This document shows positions 1-12,765 of a stretch of 64,000 nucleotides of DNA, one piece after another (the stretch's first letter is position 1; every line of letters starts with the position of its first letter). The notes below the pieces were generated by a model. The model was not told the origin of the DNA, did not search any database, and saw nothing but the letters and a program-made list of their open reading frames with translations. Both the position numbers and the translations under genes were made by a program. The stretch is from Mytilus californianus (lineage: Eukaryota): contig NW_026262723.1 of NCBI RefSeq assembly GCF_021869535.1, forward strand, positions 115,754,001-115,818,000, given 5' to 3'.

Positions 1-89
1 GGGGATAAGAATAGGGGCTTTTTGCTATCATTTTGTCTTTGCTGCGGGGTACCTATATCCGATGGTGATGCTTCACAGTGAACATGTAC

Positions 90-255
90 CTTAAACAAGG
101 TATGAAGATTTGATCCGGAAAATATAAAGGGTCGAATGTCTTTATGATTCGCAAGTTCCTCGAGACTATTGATAGGTGATTCGATGATTGTCACAGTCAC
201 ATAGGCAGCAAGATTGGCTGTGTATGTCGCTAACATCGTCGTCGTTAATCTCCTC
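90..255 (-). pseudogene. Ionotropic glutamate receptor (iGluR/IR-like) M3-S2 exon, orphan copy 1
   Basis: AG/GT-bounded 166-nt exon encoding RRLTTTMLATYTANLAAYVTVTIIESPINSLEELANHKDIRPFIFSGSNLHTLFK (SYTANLAAF-like gate motif). I found no upstream iGluR exons in the window. Confidence 0.85.
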
Positions 256-1967
256 CTAAAAATGATCAAAAGTTCAAATATATCATAACAGTACAACCCC
301 CCATCCCCCCCCATTCGTATTCCCGAATATGACTGTTATACTGAATGTGAATTTGCATTGCTGTGCGGCGTGTCTCGGTGTTTTGTACAGCCAACATTAA
401 TGGATTTATTTTGATGTTTCTGTTATGGTTTCGGTTGGATAATCTGTTATGTCTTATCGTTTGTAGTCCAAATCGTTATAAAATTGCCTTTCCATACCAT
501 CATTGTCATGAAAATTGTTTGGACGAATATTGTGAAAATAATTGTATAAAGTTCGAGATTGCATGTTAGTTACGTAAGCGCGTCACTGTTTTTGATATCC
601 TGTGGTATTTTTCGTTGATGGAATATGTTCGTTGTTGTTGCATGTTGTGTCGACTATTATATTATTTGTTTGTGCGTTTATCTGTTATGAATGTTCTTGC
701 GTGTGTTTGTGCTGTATTTCTGTCACGTACTGTTTTAGCGATATTTTTTAACATTGTCATAAAGCGATGAAACCAGGTTCAACCCACCATTTTTTCTTAA
801 AATGTCCTGTACCAAGTCAGGAATATGGTAGTTGTTATCAAATAGTTCGTTTCTATGTGTGTTGGCGTTTGTTTTTGTTGCACTTCGGTGTTCCTGTTGT
901 TCCTTTGTTTTCCTCTTTTTTGGTTTGTAACCCGGATTTGTTTTTTCTCAATCGATTTATGACTTTTGAACACCGGTATACTACTGTTGCCTTTATTTAT
1001 CAATATGAACATATTTCTTTAAAACATATTATATCACATAAGGTATTGGCTATATGTATTTGCAGGTAAACTACATAATATCAAACAATTTAGGAGGAGC
1101 TATGGTATGGGCCATTGATTGATCTTGATGATTTTAATGGTATTTGCGGAAATAGTACCTACCCATTAACTAGTAAAATGAAAAATATGTTCAACGCCTC
1201 TTCTCAGGAATCTATTTCAACACCAATATCAACAACTGAAGATATAACTACTAGTAAAAAATCTGATGACATTAATAAAGAAACCACTTATACATCTACA
1301 GAAAGTATTTCCAATGACATATTCTCAACTAAAGATATTACAACAACTCAAGCATCTATTAAAAGTGATAAACCAACCAGTCCTTCAACCCAAGAACCCA
1401 TCTTAACGAGAGAATCAACAACTCATGATACCCTTACTGATAGCAATACACGCAGACAAACAGCAGACACAACAAGCTATAAGTCACATACAAATATGGA
1501 GTCAGCAGATACACTCGAATTAACAACGTTAGCAAGTAAGCCAACCGTTCAACCTTCAATGCCTGTTTCAAATCTTTCCACTCATATAGAAAATGATATT
1601 ACAGAGATTACACCGTCGACAAACACATCTACAGAACATTCCAGTAAAATACTGAAAGAAACTACAAATACCTACAGTCCTGTTTCAATAAGTAATCAAA
1701 AAGAAACATCCGGAACATCTTCAATGCAAACTGGTTTACTATTTTCTACTGTGAAGACATCGACAGAGACATCACATTCAACAGTCCCAGAATTAACCAC
1801 AAAGTCAGAATCGATCTCCTTGACAGAAACTGACTTTACAGCTGTTACTTTATCATCAACAACATCTAATTTAAAGATACCAGATTCACAAGGATATTCA
1901 CTAGGTTTTTATACACTGTTATGATAAAAATGAATAGCTGTTCTGTAAATCTGTTTTGAACACACAC

Positions 1968-1970
<3 letters not shown>

Positions 1971-2018
<48 letters not shown>
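1971..2018. repeat. (GA)24 microsatellite
   Basis: Direct reading; the paralog has (GA)30. Confidence 0.97.
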
Positions 2019-2023
<5 letters not shown>

Positions 2024-2939
2024 CGAACTTTAAACGGAGATAGACAGGACAAAAACTCATTAAAATACCAAGAAAACAAACAAACAAACAAACAAACCAG
2101 GGATAAACCAAGGTGAAATGTGTTGCTTAGATAAATTAAAATATAAAAATCTTTAATCGGAAAATTTAGATTACATACGACCCACGCATTTTGATAAAAA
2201 AAAAAGTCATCGAAGTTTGGTAAAATAAGTTTACATAGCTAGAATCAGTTTTTTTTGTAAGATAACAAAACAAGTCAGCTGTGGCGTGTGTTATACGATA
2301 TTTATTTATAGCTGAACAATTGAACCAGTGTACAAAATAAAAACAGTAGGATTAGCTAGATTGAACCGCCTCCCAAAAAAAAACCCCACAAAAAACACAC
2401 AATCGAATGTCAGACAATTATTTATTCAAAACGGTATATACTCATGTACGCCGGCTCATGTCAGCTTGAAACACTGAACAATATAGTCTATTAGGAGGAA
2501 CGTTCTAAAATGTTTGCGGCATCAGGTTATTTGAAAGCGTTAGCTGATTCCATTTATTGAATTTGAATATAATTGGATCACATGTATTATGTGTGAACGA
2601 TAACACAAGAGTAGATAGAATGAACTCGATAGTGTTATAAAGACGTTATGCAGGAAAATCAACTCCTGTTGCGTATCATATAGCAACAAGTGTCAAACTG
2701 AAGAAGAAATATGACAGCCAGATGACATTAGACATGTGTGATTTGTTGAGAACCTTGGACAGTATACAGCCCAACCAAGTTTGTGATGATGACTCACAAA
2801 CTATTAAACGTGTTATTCGAAAATCCTTCAGTATATAACATGTTATTGTGTTCTTTTAATTTATCTTTGTATATGGTCATTTTTTGTATTTTGTCTTTTA
2901 TTTTTGCTTATGTGCTTTTTCTATAGAGTGTTTACATGA

Positions 2940-3210
2940 CATTTTGTTTTTCTTTGTTGACATAGTTATTTGTTTTTATAGTGATTAAGATTATATCACA
3001 ATGTTGACTATTGAACCTCATTTTTGACATTTTTACCTATTATGTTTGTTTGTTTTGCTCACACATTGTTGTCAATATAATGGAATTCTATGCGACTGTC
3101 AAACAAGTGAGAGGTTTAGCTAGCTATAAAACCAGGTTTGATCCACCATTTTCTTCAAAAGGAAATGCCTGTACCAAGTCAGGAATATGACAGTTGTTTT
3201 CAACGTTTGA
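2940..3210 (+). mobile_element. Short interspersed repeat family B copy with mutated twister-like core (paralog ~40190-40455)
   Basis: Matches copies at ~5900-6245, 39655-40055 (reverse) and fragments at ~770, ~13630, ~50830. The core GAGGT...TCCAC-CATTTTC...GCCTG-TACCAAGT-CAGG is present, but the cleavage-site NAA reads TGA. Confidence 0.75.
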
Positions 3211-4684
3211 TGTGTTTGATAAAAGAATAAGTGATTAAAACTAATATTTTATGATCTTCACAACAGTTTACTGTTTCCGAAAATGATTGATTAATTCACA
3301 AAAGCAAAATTCGTATAGTTGTCTCATCGGCAATCATACCACATCTCCTTATACTTATATTAATAGAAAAATAATTTGAGTCATTTATACATTTCAGATG
3401 CAGAGAAGGATTTAGACAACACATATATTATTATAATTGTTTTGTCGGTGGCCCTGTTCTTATCTTTTCTATGTAATGTAGTTCAATATATGTGTTCACG
3501 AAAAGATGACGACAACGAGAACTGCTCCTGCTTCCGAAATCACAAACAGACTTTTCAGATGTCGCATCTATGACCCGAGATATTCAGGCGATGTATTTTA
3601 ATATCATACGGCTAAATTCTATTCTCTATCTATTTTTCTTAGATCTTTTTTTTTTTTTAAAATATGTACCATAGGAGATTTTATGTATAACCAGGTGCAG
3701 TGGACATATAGGCTCTTTCATTAACAATAAAAAAAAAATAAGTCGTTTCCTTTACCACTTCAGAAGCCAATGAAATACTAAGAATATGTGTCACCCACTG
3801 CTTTCGTTTCACCATGTTCCCTGTCTGTAATCTAAGATTTTTTTTGCCACTCACCATCGGCGTTGCTTTTGATTTGTCTGATTCTTCTATTGTCATCGAT
3901 ATTTCGTTTAGTGATATTATTTTTCGACAATCAAAGAAAGCAATGTCAACGCGTTCTTACTTTTAAATTTTCATTTTTGTAATATTTTGTTAAGTTTTTT
4001 CAACCAATTATGTTGTATTTGTTTGACTACAACAATACTTGCAAGTCTGACAGTCAAACACATTGAAATTCAGACATTTTCATCAATAAATCATAATTAA
4101 TATGCATTACAGTAAAACAACTTTGCGCGTGCAAGTAATTGCTGTTAAGAACAGTTTGCAGTCTGATGTCGTTATACAATGATATTCAGTGTTTAAATAG
4201 AAATGTTTCTAATTACACAATTAACTGATTCTGTTATTAATCACTTATGATTTTACTTTATTCCTCTAGTTAACATAGTCTAGCTTTGATATTACCGTTA
4301 ACAAAATATTTAGGTAAGTTTTTTAACATTTACATAATGCGGGAGTCGTGAATGCTTAATTTCTCCTGTAATTTAAAAAAAAATCATAAAAGACACCAAG
4401 ATTTGGTATGCCTCTCCAATTTCGTCAAAACAAGATTAACCAGTGACGATAGAATCAAATCAAATAGAAGATCAAATCCAATGCGTAGTTGAAAACATAT
4501 AAAACCAAAATGTCCAGAAGATCTGCAAAATACGGCTACGGTTTTTCGTGCCTGGGGGTATAAAACAACATTGCACAAAACTGCAAACATATATTGATGC
4601 CACTGCTGAATGTGAGGCTGATTATCCTTCCATCCTGGCAAATCAGCTGTTCTAACTATTGCACAGACAAACAATTCGTTCAGG

Positions 4685-5010
4685 CATCATACCATCCTGC
4701 ATAACTATACTTTGGAACCTATTAAATCAGCAAAATATCTTGGTGTTACCTTAGAGTCAAATTTTAAATGGAATAATCACTACGATAATATCACATCAAG
4801 TGGAACAAATATATTTACTTCCTGCAGAGAAACCCAAAAGCATCAAACAGCAACATTAAATCACGTGCATATCAGTACACAGTGAGACCACATCTGCGGT
4901 TTATGGGATCCTCATACAAGAGAATATAACTAGAAATGGAGCAGAGGCGAGCTGCCCGTTATTTATGTAACATATATCATTAACTAAAGTGACAGTAGTT
5001 TACTGATGTT
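4685..5010 (+). mobile_element. Degraded non-LTR (CR1/L2-like) retrotransposon RT C-terminal remnant
   Basis: Broken frames read KSAKYLGVTLESNFKWNNHYDNIT ... VRPHL ... WDPHT ... EQRRAARY, typical of LINE RT thumb regions. Confidence 0.8.
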
Positions 5011-5159
5011 CAAATTTCGTAACTCTGTTAGAAAGAGAAAAATCAAAGGAACAAACAAACACCGATGAACTCCTAAAAGAGCGAGACGGGTGAGTCGACA
5101 GGGTAAGCGTTTTCTGCTATGTATGCATCACTCGTCATGTGAATTCACCCTCAGTCAAA

Positions 5160-5470
5160 AAGGGGCGAAGGATACAAAAGGGACATTCAAACTCATAAGT
5201 CGAAAATCAGCTGACAACGCCATGGCTAAAAAAGAAAAAGACAAACAACAGTACATAAAACATAACATAGAAAACCAAAGACTGAGCAACACGAACCCCA
5301 TCAAAAACTAGGGGTGATTTCATGTGCTTCAGAAGGGTACGCAGATCCTGCTCCACATGTGGCACCTGTCGTGTTGCTCATGTTAGTACAAACCAGGTGA
5401 TAATTCTAATCCGGTAGGTCACATTCAGGGAAAAGGGGACGGGATTGTATTTACGACAATTGGAACATAT
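5160..5470 (+). mobile_element. Short interspersed repeat family A copy
   Basis: AAGATACAAAAGGGACATTCAAACTCATAAG...GACTGAGCAACACGAACCCC...AGATCCTGCTCCACATG recurs in both orientations (~8500-8940, 18010-18300, 19160-19445, 23740-23870, 34030-34110 and paralogs). Confidence 0.8.
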
Positions 5471-5899
5471 CAAAATGTCACAATCAGGAAAAGGACACAT
5501 AACAGTAGTGTTACATCAAAGATAAACACCAGGCTGATTAAATTCCTTAAAGTCGTTTGTCGCTAGTCCTCAAGCCAACAAATACGAGAATAAGAAAAAC
5601 ACATAACCAAATATTCCAGACAATTTCTAACTGATGCAACAGATCGTAGTCTTCAATAACATGAAGTTGAAACTATATCTAAAGAAGAAGCAAAAACCGC
5701 AATATTTTCCCGACCTTATGGAGCACCTGTGGTCATCATCATAATTGCAAGGGGTTCGATATACCATTAGCTTTTTTTTTATATTGTTTCTTTTATTTCA
5801 AATATCTGCGTTTTAAGTAAGTAATTGTCTTTCATCATGGTGTTAATTTGCTATAACCATTTATTGTATTCTTGTATTTCATTTTTGTTTATGTGCTTT

Positions 5900-6245
5900 G
5901 TCTATAGAGTGTCTTCATTTCATTTTATTTTTTCTTTGTTAACATAGTTGTTTGTTTTAATAGTGAGTAAGATTATAGCACAATGTCGACTGTTGTACCC
6001 CAATATTTGACATTTTTACATATAATGTCTATTTGTTTTGCTCACACATTGTTGTCAATATTATGGAATTTTGTGCGACTGTCATACAAGAGAGAGGTAT
6101 CGCTAGCTATAAAACCAGGTTTAATCCACCATTATCTACATAAGGAAATGTCTGTATGTGTTTGATCTTTTGAGTTTGCCATTTGCTAAGGGACTTTCGT
6201 TTTGAATTTTCCTAGGAGTTCGGCATTTTTGTTATTTTACTTTTT
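5900..6245 (+). mobile_element. Short interspersed repeat family B copy, internally deleted in the P4/L4 region
   Basis: Same body as 2940-3210 and 39655-40055; lacks the CCAAGTCAGG segment. Confidence 0.7.
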
Positions 6246-8609
6246 ATCATTTGCACTGAAAAAATGTACGGTTATGATAAAGAAATAATAGTTTTACCAG
6301 TAACAAGGATTATAAATAAGGGTTAGACAAAAGACATTTACAAATCTGCTACTTAATATGGCCTTTTTAACAAACGCGATGGTCATATTGACTGTTATAT
6401 AAAAATTTCAACACTTCACCTTTTGTTGACAAAGATAATGGTCATCGCCTCTCCCTAACATTTCTCATTGAAATCCATTTAACAGATTGATATCGTTGTG
6501 TAGTAACCCTTTATCAAAATTTTAAATTTATTCATTTGATCAAAAAAGCTGCTACAGAAGGTTAGCCTTTGCCCTTATCATACCACATTCCTCGTTCATT
6601 GTTGCAATCATCTGGTCCGTATGTTTGTCCGTCTGTTCGTCCAACAACTATTTTCGTCACACTTTACTCAGAAACTAGTGATTAGAATGACTTTATATTT
6701 GGTCAGCAGACTGACAGTGGTGTATTTTTTGGATCAGTCAAATACCAACTTCCTGTTTGCCATTACCTTGAATTTTCTAATATGATGAATGATCTTAAAC
6801 TTTTGGTCACATATTTCCCAAATACTACTAAACAGGATGACTCCATATTTGTCAAAGAGCTAAACAGCGATAAATTGTAATGTATATACGCTTTACGGAT
6901 CTGTCAGACACCTTTTTCATAATTTCCGATAATTTGAGATAGGATTTGGGATTTGCTTAGCACGACAGCACGTGCGTTCTGGCTTTTTATTGCAGTCACT
7001 AAAAACTTATATAGCAAGTAATTGATCACAAAAATGTCCATCTTTAAAAAAATGATTAATAGTTAATTTTTATTATTTACAATGTAGTGTCACATTTACT
7101 ATCTGTGTCTCCCTAGTATTATTGACATCATGTCTACAATAAAAAAAAAATCAAATAGAATTACTATTGCAGGTATATATTTCTTTTATAACACTTAATG
7201 ATTTATAGTTATGTTCAACATAGTAGTGTTCAAATCATAAAACGATGCTATGTTTAACATTTGACTTAAAGGATATAGGAAAGATTTTTAGTTAAGAGAA
7301 AGTGTGATTTTTTGTATAACACATTGTTAAACATTTTCTATTATCAAATAGTTCCTAACAAGCTTGGACTGAATAAATATGTACAATAAATGATAGAACG
7401 AGTCACAAAAAGGCTTTCTATTGCGCCAGAATAATCTATATTGGTGGACTTTCGATGTTTAATTGCTATAAAACTGAAGTTTACAGCCAAGCATACCTAT
7501 TACATTTATGATTTTTAAATTATATTTGTAAAACAATAAACAGTTAATTACCTAATGATATTATCCAATAACTGGTAGTACAGTAGGTACAAAATCGAGT
7601 CCTGGTTTTCCACTGAAAACATCTTTCATTGTTTTAATTAAAGGGTTCTTGCCTTGCCCACAAACGCCATGGAAATCATCTAGATCTAATGCCCACATCA
7701 TACCTCCTCCTAAACCTAGGTCCATAATATATTTTGTCTGTTAGGAAAAAAAACAAATAATGTTTAAATTTTAGATAATCCTTGTTAAACGACTATACTG
7801 GTAAAACTCTTCTATGATATAACTGTCAGAATTTGTTCCAAGTTCGAATTGTCGGTATCTGTTCTAGGTAAAACAGTCTTAAAAACAATTTTCTCTGATT
7901 ATTAATGAACTCTTTACACTAAAGCCATAGGATGTTGGATGTGTACTGATTGATATTTTAGTCTTAGTTACAAGATTTTTTTATTAGTTCTTATTGGCTT
8001 TAAACTAGATTCAAGTAACTGAGAATACTCTCAGATCTGTACATTATTTCTTATGTGTAAAGTGTATTTCGTGCTTTTGAGACTGTAATTCTGTGGTTGT
8101 CGTTTGTTGCTAAATATCATATTTGTTTTTCGTTTATAGTTTTGTCAGGCAGTTAGCTTTCTTGTTTGAATTGTTTTACATTTGACTTTTTTATAGCTTG
8201 CTATGCTATGCGGTATGGGTTTAACTCATTGTTGAAGGTCGTACGATGACCTATAGTTGCTATTTTCTACGTCATTTGGTCTCTGGTGGAGTGTTATCTC
8301 ATTGGCGATCATACCACATCTTCTTATTTTAATAAAACTGTTTCATGGTATCAAACGCTTCTGTCCGAAACTGTTTTTTAGGTGTCAAGAGAACTGTTCT
8401 TAAGACTGTACTAGAACAGTTCTCATGACAGTTCATGACAGATTTGAAGAGAGGTTAAAACTGATCCCAACTGTAGTAACAGTTACTCTCTATCTATTAT
8501 AGAGGAGAGTCGGCAGATACCAAAGGGATATCAAAACGGATAGGTCAAAGAAAAACTGACAACGCTTTGGAAAACAAACGTAAACCGACCATAAGACATA
8601 CAACAGTCT

Positions 8610-8917
8610 TTAAAACACAATATAGAGTACAAAAGACTGAGCAACAAAACACAATATAGAGTACAAAAGACTGAGCAACAAAACACAATATAGAGTACAA
8701 AAGACTGAGCAACAAAACACAATATAGAGGACAAAAGACTGAGCAACAAAACACAATATAGAGTACAAAAGACTGAGCAACAAAACACAATAAAGAGGAC
8801 AAAAGACTGAGCAACAAAACACAATATAGAGTACAAAAGACTGAGCAACAAAACACAATATAGAGGACAAAAGACTGAGCAACAAAACACAATATAGAGA
8901 ACAAAAGACTGAGCAAC
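8610..8917. repeat. 34-bp minisatellite (~9 units) inside a family A element
   Basis: Unit AAAACACAATATAGAGTACAAAAGACTGAGCAAC; only one unit at the paralogous site (~45857-45892). Confidence 0.95.
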
Positions 8918-11900
8918 ACGAACCCCCCAAAAAAACCGGAGGTTTATTATAGATAGAAAAATAACAAAAAAAAATCATTCATGTACAATCACTTCAAAAG
9001 GAAGTCATCTGACAATTCTGGTCAAGTTAGACGGTATTTCTTTCTTCGACTTTCTGTTCTTGCCAGATTTTTTTCTACCAATAACGGTTTACAAGATAAT
9101 TGACCATACTCGCATTAACCATTTTAATCTATTTCAAGACTTCGCGAATATGCTGGTATGAAACGGGATCATTGGACACATTTTATAAGACAAGACACCC
9201 ATATGGTGACTATGACCAAGTTTGGTTCAAATTTTCAGATAAGTTCTAAGATTTTTGTAAAAGTTAAAGGACGATGGGCGATGGGATGGAAGCAAAGTGA
9301 TTAAAAAAAAAGGAAGGAATTTCAAAGCCCTCATCTATACCGATTTCAGTGTTTAATAGAAAGTAAAGTAATTAAAACACTCATTAAGATGTTTGGTATA
9401 TAGTAGTCATCTTTTTCTGGCATAAATACTTACTTTAATGGCAATACTTTTCGGAGTTTCAAAGGAGATCCACTGGTTATCATGGTAGGCATACGGTACT
9501 TTCTGTTCATCGAGCCAAACTTCTGTCCAATTCTGATACATTATGTCATAGCAGATCTAGCCAAATAGAAATAAGAAGATGTTGAATGAGTGCCAATGAG
9601 ACAACTCTCCATCCAAGTCACAATGTGTAAAAAGTAAACAATTATAGGTCAAAGTACGGCCTTCATTATGAATAAATCTTATTAATTGCCTTTGAATATT
9701 GCTTAGCTCTTCAATAAAGAAGATCTTAAGTGATTATGAAATACTCAAAAACTACTTTCGAAATTCAAGTTTGTATTTCTTTGATTATCACCCTAAGGAA
9801 CTGATCTTGTATATCATAAGCAAGACATATAGGAATTAGTCGTACAACAGACCATACAAACCCATTCTCTCGACTACACATAGATACACAAGCAAAATAT
9901 ATAACCACGAGCAACACTTGGTCCTGATACCGTAACTTGATACCGGCCAAAGATGTAATGGGGTAGCTTACACGGGTTTTACAAGTACACACCTACTTGA
10001 CCGATATACATCATCGTAAAAAATGCCTGAATAGTCCAGCTACAAACACTTATGATGACCAATTACACGAGGAAAGAAATAAAAGACTATACATAATTTG
10101 GAAAGCATAATCTAAGTCATTACTTTGTGGATCTTTTCTAACAGTATAATTCATTGATTGCTTTTTCTTAGTAGTCGCGTATCATTTGGCAGTAAGTGTT
10201 TATATCGGCCATGTTGCGACAAATAGTGAATAAATTTATTCGACAACCAAACATCTTATAGTAATACTAAATTTTCAACAACGTTTTGTGTTTCGAAAAG
10301 AATTTAAATGCAATACAAAACCGAGCTTACATAAACAATATAACACTAATCACACAAAGTTCCCTTTTAACAACTGATAACACAATGACGTATAAGACAT
10401 TTATGGATAATTAGCCTACAAGTCCAAGTTAACCCTTACATATACGACACGCAAATATAAAGATTAACGTGAGCACTTGATAACACTGACATCAACGGCA
10501 TATGGGAAAAAAACTGTTAGAACACAATTCATATGTAAACTACCATAAAAGGTTAAGGATAAATTGAAATGGAACCACATGACAACGATAAAATTTAAAG
10601 TGTTAGCTTTATGAATAAGTATCATGCGCATGAACTTTCCAAATAAAGATGAAAACATTTTAAATGTGTTTTATACGTCAATAAATGAAAATAATACTAG
10701 TGCATCTGTAACAGGAGGGTCGGGCGGCTTTACGTCACCAAACCCTGCTGACTACTAAAATGTCTGATATTGCTACACACTCAGCGGCAGACTGACAGAC
10801 GAACGACGGATGCGACAAGTGATGTACTTTTGTGTTATGTTGCAATCAGACTGGTTCTTCCTTGTTGTACTGAGACGTATGATATTGGCAATGAGACTCT
10901 AATTTCAATCAGTTTTACATATTTTATTATCACAATGTGAAATATAACAAGTGTAAAAACAAGTGTAACAGTTTACAGTATAAAAATAGATCTGAATAAA
11001 TATTCAACAGTAATCTCAAAATGTATGTTTAGTAGTAAACATAGGTAGTACTGGCAAGGACTACAGCATTCACGACCCTATCGGATAATCAACCGCGAGA
11101 AAACACTGTGGCAAAAGTTAAATATTAAGCTACATTTCAAACGGTTTCCTAAAGTTTTAAAGTGAAATTAATAAACCTAAAATTGCTTGAAACTTGTTCA
11201 ATAGAGTGAAAAGTCTACATTTTAGAGACTTATTTATATAGAGACTTCATTTAATGGTCGGATTAATGATAAGTCCAAGTAGTAATAAACGAATAGCGGA
11301 TTATTGATAAATCCAGGTGGTCTTATTACCTTTAGACAGTAAAGTATTCAACAAATTAACTAAGAGACACATTTACTATAAGAAGGAAAACATAATATTT
11401 TCCATATGCGGTGCAAAACCGTATTTCAATCTACAAAATATCATCAAAATCTATTATAAAGATATAAATACTACTTAAATTTCTTACATAAACAACATAT
11501 TTAACTAAATGACATGCTTTATTTAGAAATTTCTACACAACACACAAAATTATGAATCACCTTGTAAATCCGGCATAATAAAGGGAAGTAATACTTGGTG
11601 TAATTCATAATAATTGAAAATCTACCCCTAACAAATAACCAATGAATAACTTCGTATATTTAACTGCTATAGTGAAAGGAAAATGTCAACAAAGAAGCAT
11701 GGGAATTTTATATCAAAAAGATCTAAAGAATTACGAGCGAAAACAGATAAAATTAAGCACCAAAATGTATGAAATTAAAAATCAAAATGTGTGCAATAAC
11801 CACATCCGCCACACATCCATGGCACTTGTCTGGAATTCCTATATCAATTTATCATATCAAACTCACCTCATAATATGATAAGAATCCCTTTTCTTTTGTG

Positions 11901-12133
11901 GTTAAACCTGCAGTACCCTGGCCAGCAGTAGGAGCACCCAATCCTGTCTCAGATGTATTATTCAATACAAAAGACCTTCCATATGTTGCCATACCCATTA
12001 TAAGTTTTTCTTTTGGAGTACCGCCATCCAACCACTTTTTAACAGCAAAATTCTAAAAACAAACAATGTCAGCCTCAATACGTTGTACTATCCAGTGTAG
12101 AGTTTAAAACAAATGAAGCAACGAAAAGACTTC

Positions 12134-12353
12134 AAACAATGGGAAAACACATGCCGTATAGTAAGTAATAAACAATGGGAAAACACATGCCGTATAATAA
12201 GTAATAAACAGTGGGAAAACACATGCCGTATAATAAGTAATAAACAGTGGGAAAACACATGCCGTATAAAAAGTAATAAACAGTGGGAAAACACATGCCG
12301 TATAATAAGTAATAAACAGTGGGAAAACACATGCCGTATGATAAGTAATAAAC
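12134..12353. repeat. 36-bp minisatellite (6 units), chitinase intron 5
   Basis: Unit AAACAGTGGGAAAACACATGCCGTATAATAAGTAAT, head-to-tail with no spacers. Confidence 0.95.
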
Positions 12354-12427
12354 AGACCCAACTTGACAAAATGTAAAACAATTCAAATGAGAAAACCAAT
12401 GATCTGATTTATAAATAAACATAAACG

Positions 12428-12765
12428 ATTATATAAATAACACATAGCTGAGAGGGTGATAGAGGCGAAGCCAAGGTTGACAATGTCTTTTCGAGGGGTA
12501 ACAATCTGCTCTATCACCCTATCAGATATGTGTTATTTAATTTATTATACTGAATGTTCTGCTATTACTGTCGATTAAATTTCAAATTTAAAGTAATAAA
12601 CTATGACGTCTTGTACATAACAACCATCCGTATTTAATAAAGCGCACACTTGATCAAGCGTCTCCGTGAAGGGTAATAGAGTATTTACCATAGAATAGAG
12701 TAAATTAACACCCTCGTATACGCCAATCAAAATATTGCATTTTTACGTGAAGTATAATAAAAAAA
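12428..12765. mobile_element. MITE-like insertion with internal ~30-bp inverted repeat, present only in copy 1
   Basis: AAATAACACATAGCTGAGAGGGTGATAGAG (from 12436) pairs with CTCTATCACCCTATCAGATATGTGTTATTT (to 12538); segment absent at paralog ~48240. Confidence 0.7.

Larger units (their letters stand above)
1066..3573 (+). pseudogene. 3' half of a membrane-anchored GH18 chitinase: GH18 C-terminus, Ser/Thr stalk, TM exon (copy 1)
   Basis: Acceptor ttgcag|1066 gives VNYIISNNLGGAMVWAID. A TGAT duplication at 1116-1123 shifts the frame, then LDDFNGICG and ~250 aa of Ser/Thr-rich stalk follow. Probable phase-1 donor at 1904; exon 3398-3573 encodes a hydrophobic helix (TYIIIIVLSVALFLSFLCNVVQYMC) and a short tail. 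No upstream GH18 exons on this strand. Confidence 0.8.

Noticed and set aside
1866-2111. Leu-Ser repeat ORFs
   Set aside because: Produced by the (GA)n microsatellite.
8383-8430. 12-18 bp hairpin GAGAACTGTTCT/AGAACAGTTCTC
   Set aside because: Short and degraded in the paralog (~45625-45680), so no evidence of constraint.
8531-8978. Long ORFs over tandem repeats (also 12088-12422, 13692-14526, 16824-17318, 53490-53699)
   Set aside because: They are translations of minisatellite units in introns, differ in length between paralogs and have no independent gene structure.
12134-12353. 36-bp and 34-bp (8610-8917) direct repeats as CRISPR arrays
   Set aside because: Units are head-to-tail with no unique spacers, no cas genes, and the context is a spliced eukaryotic gene.
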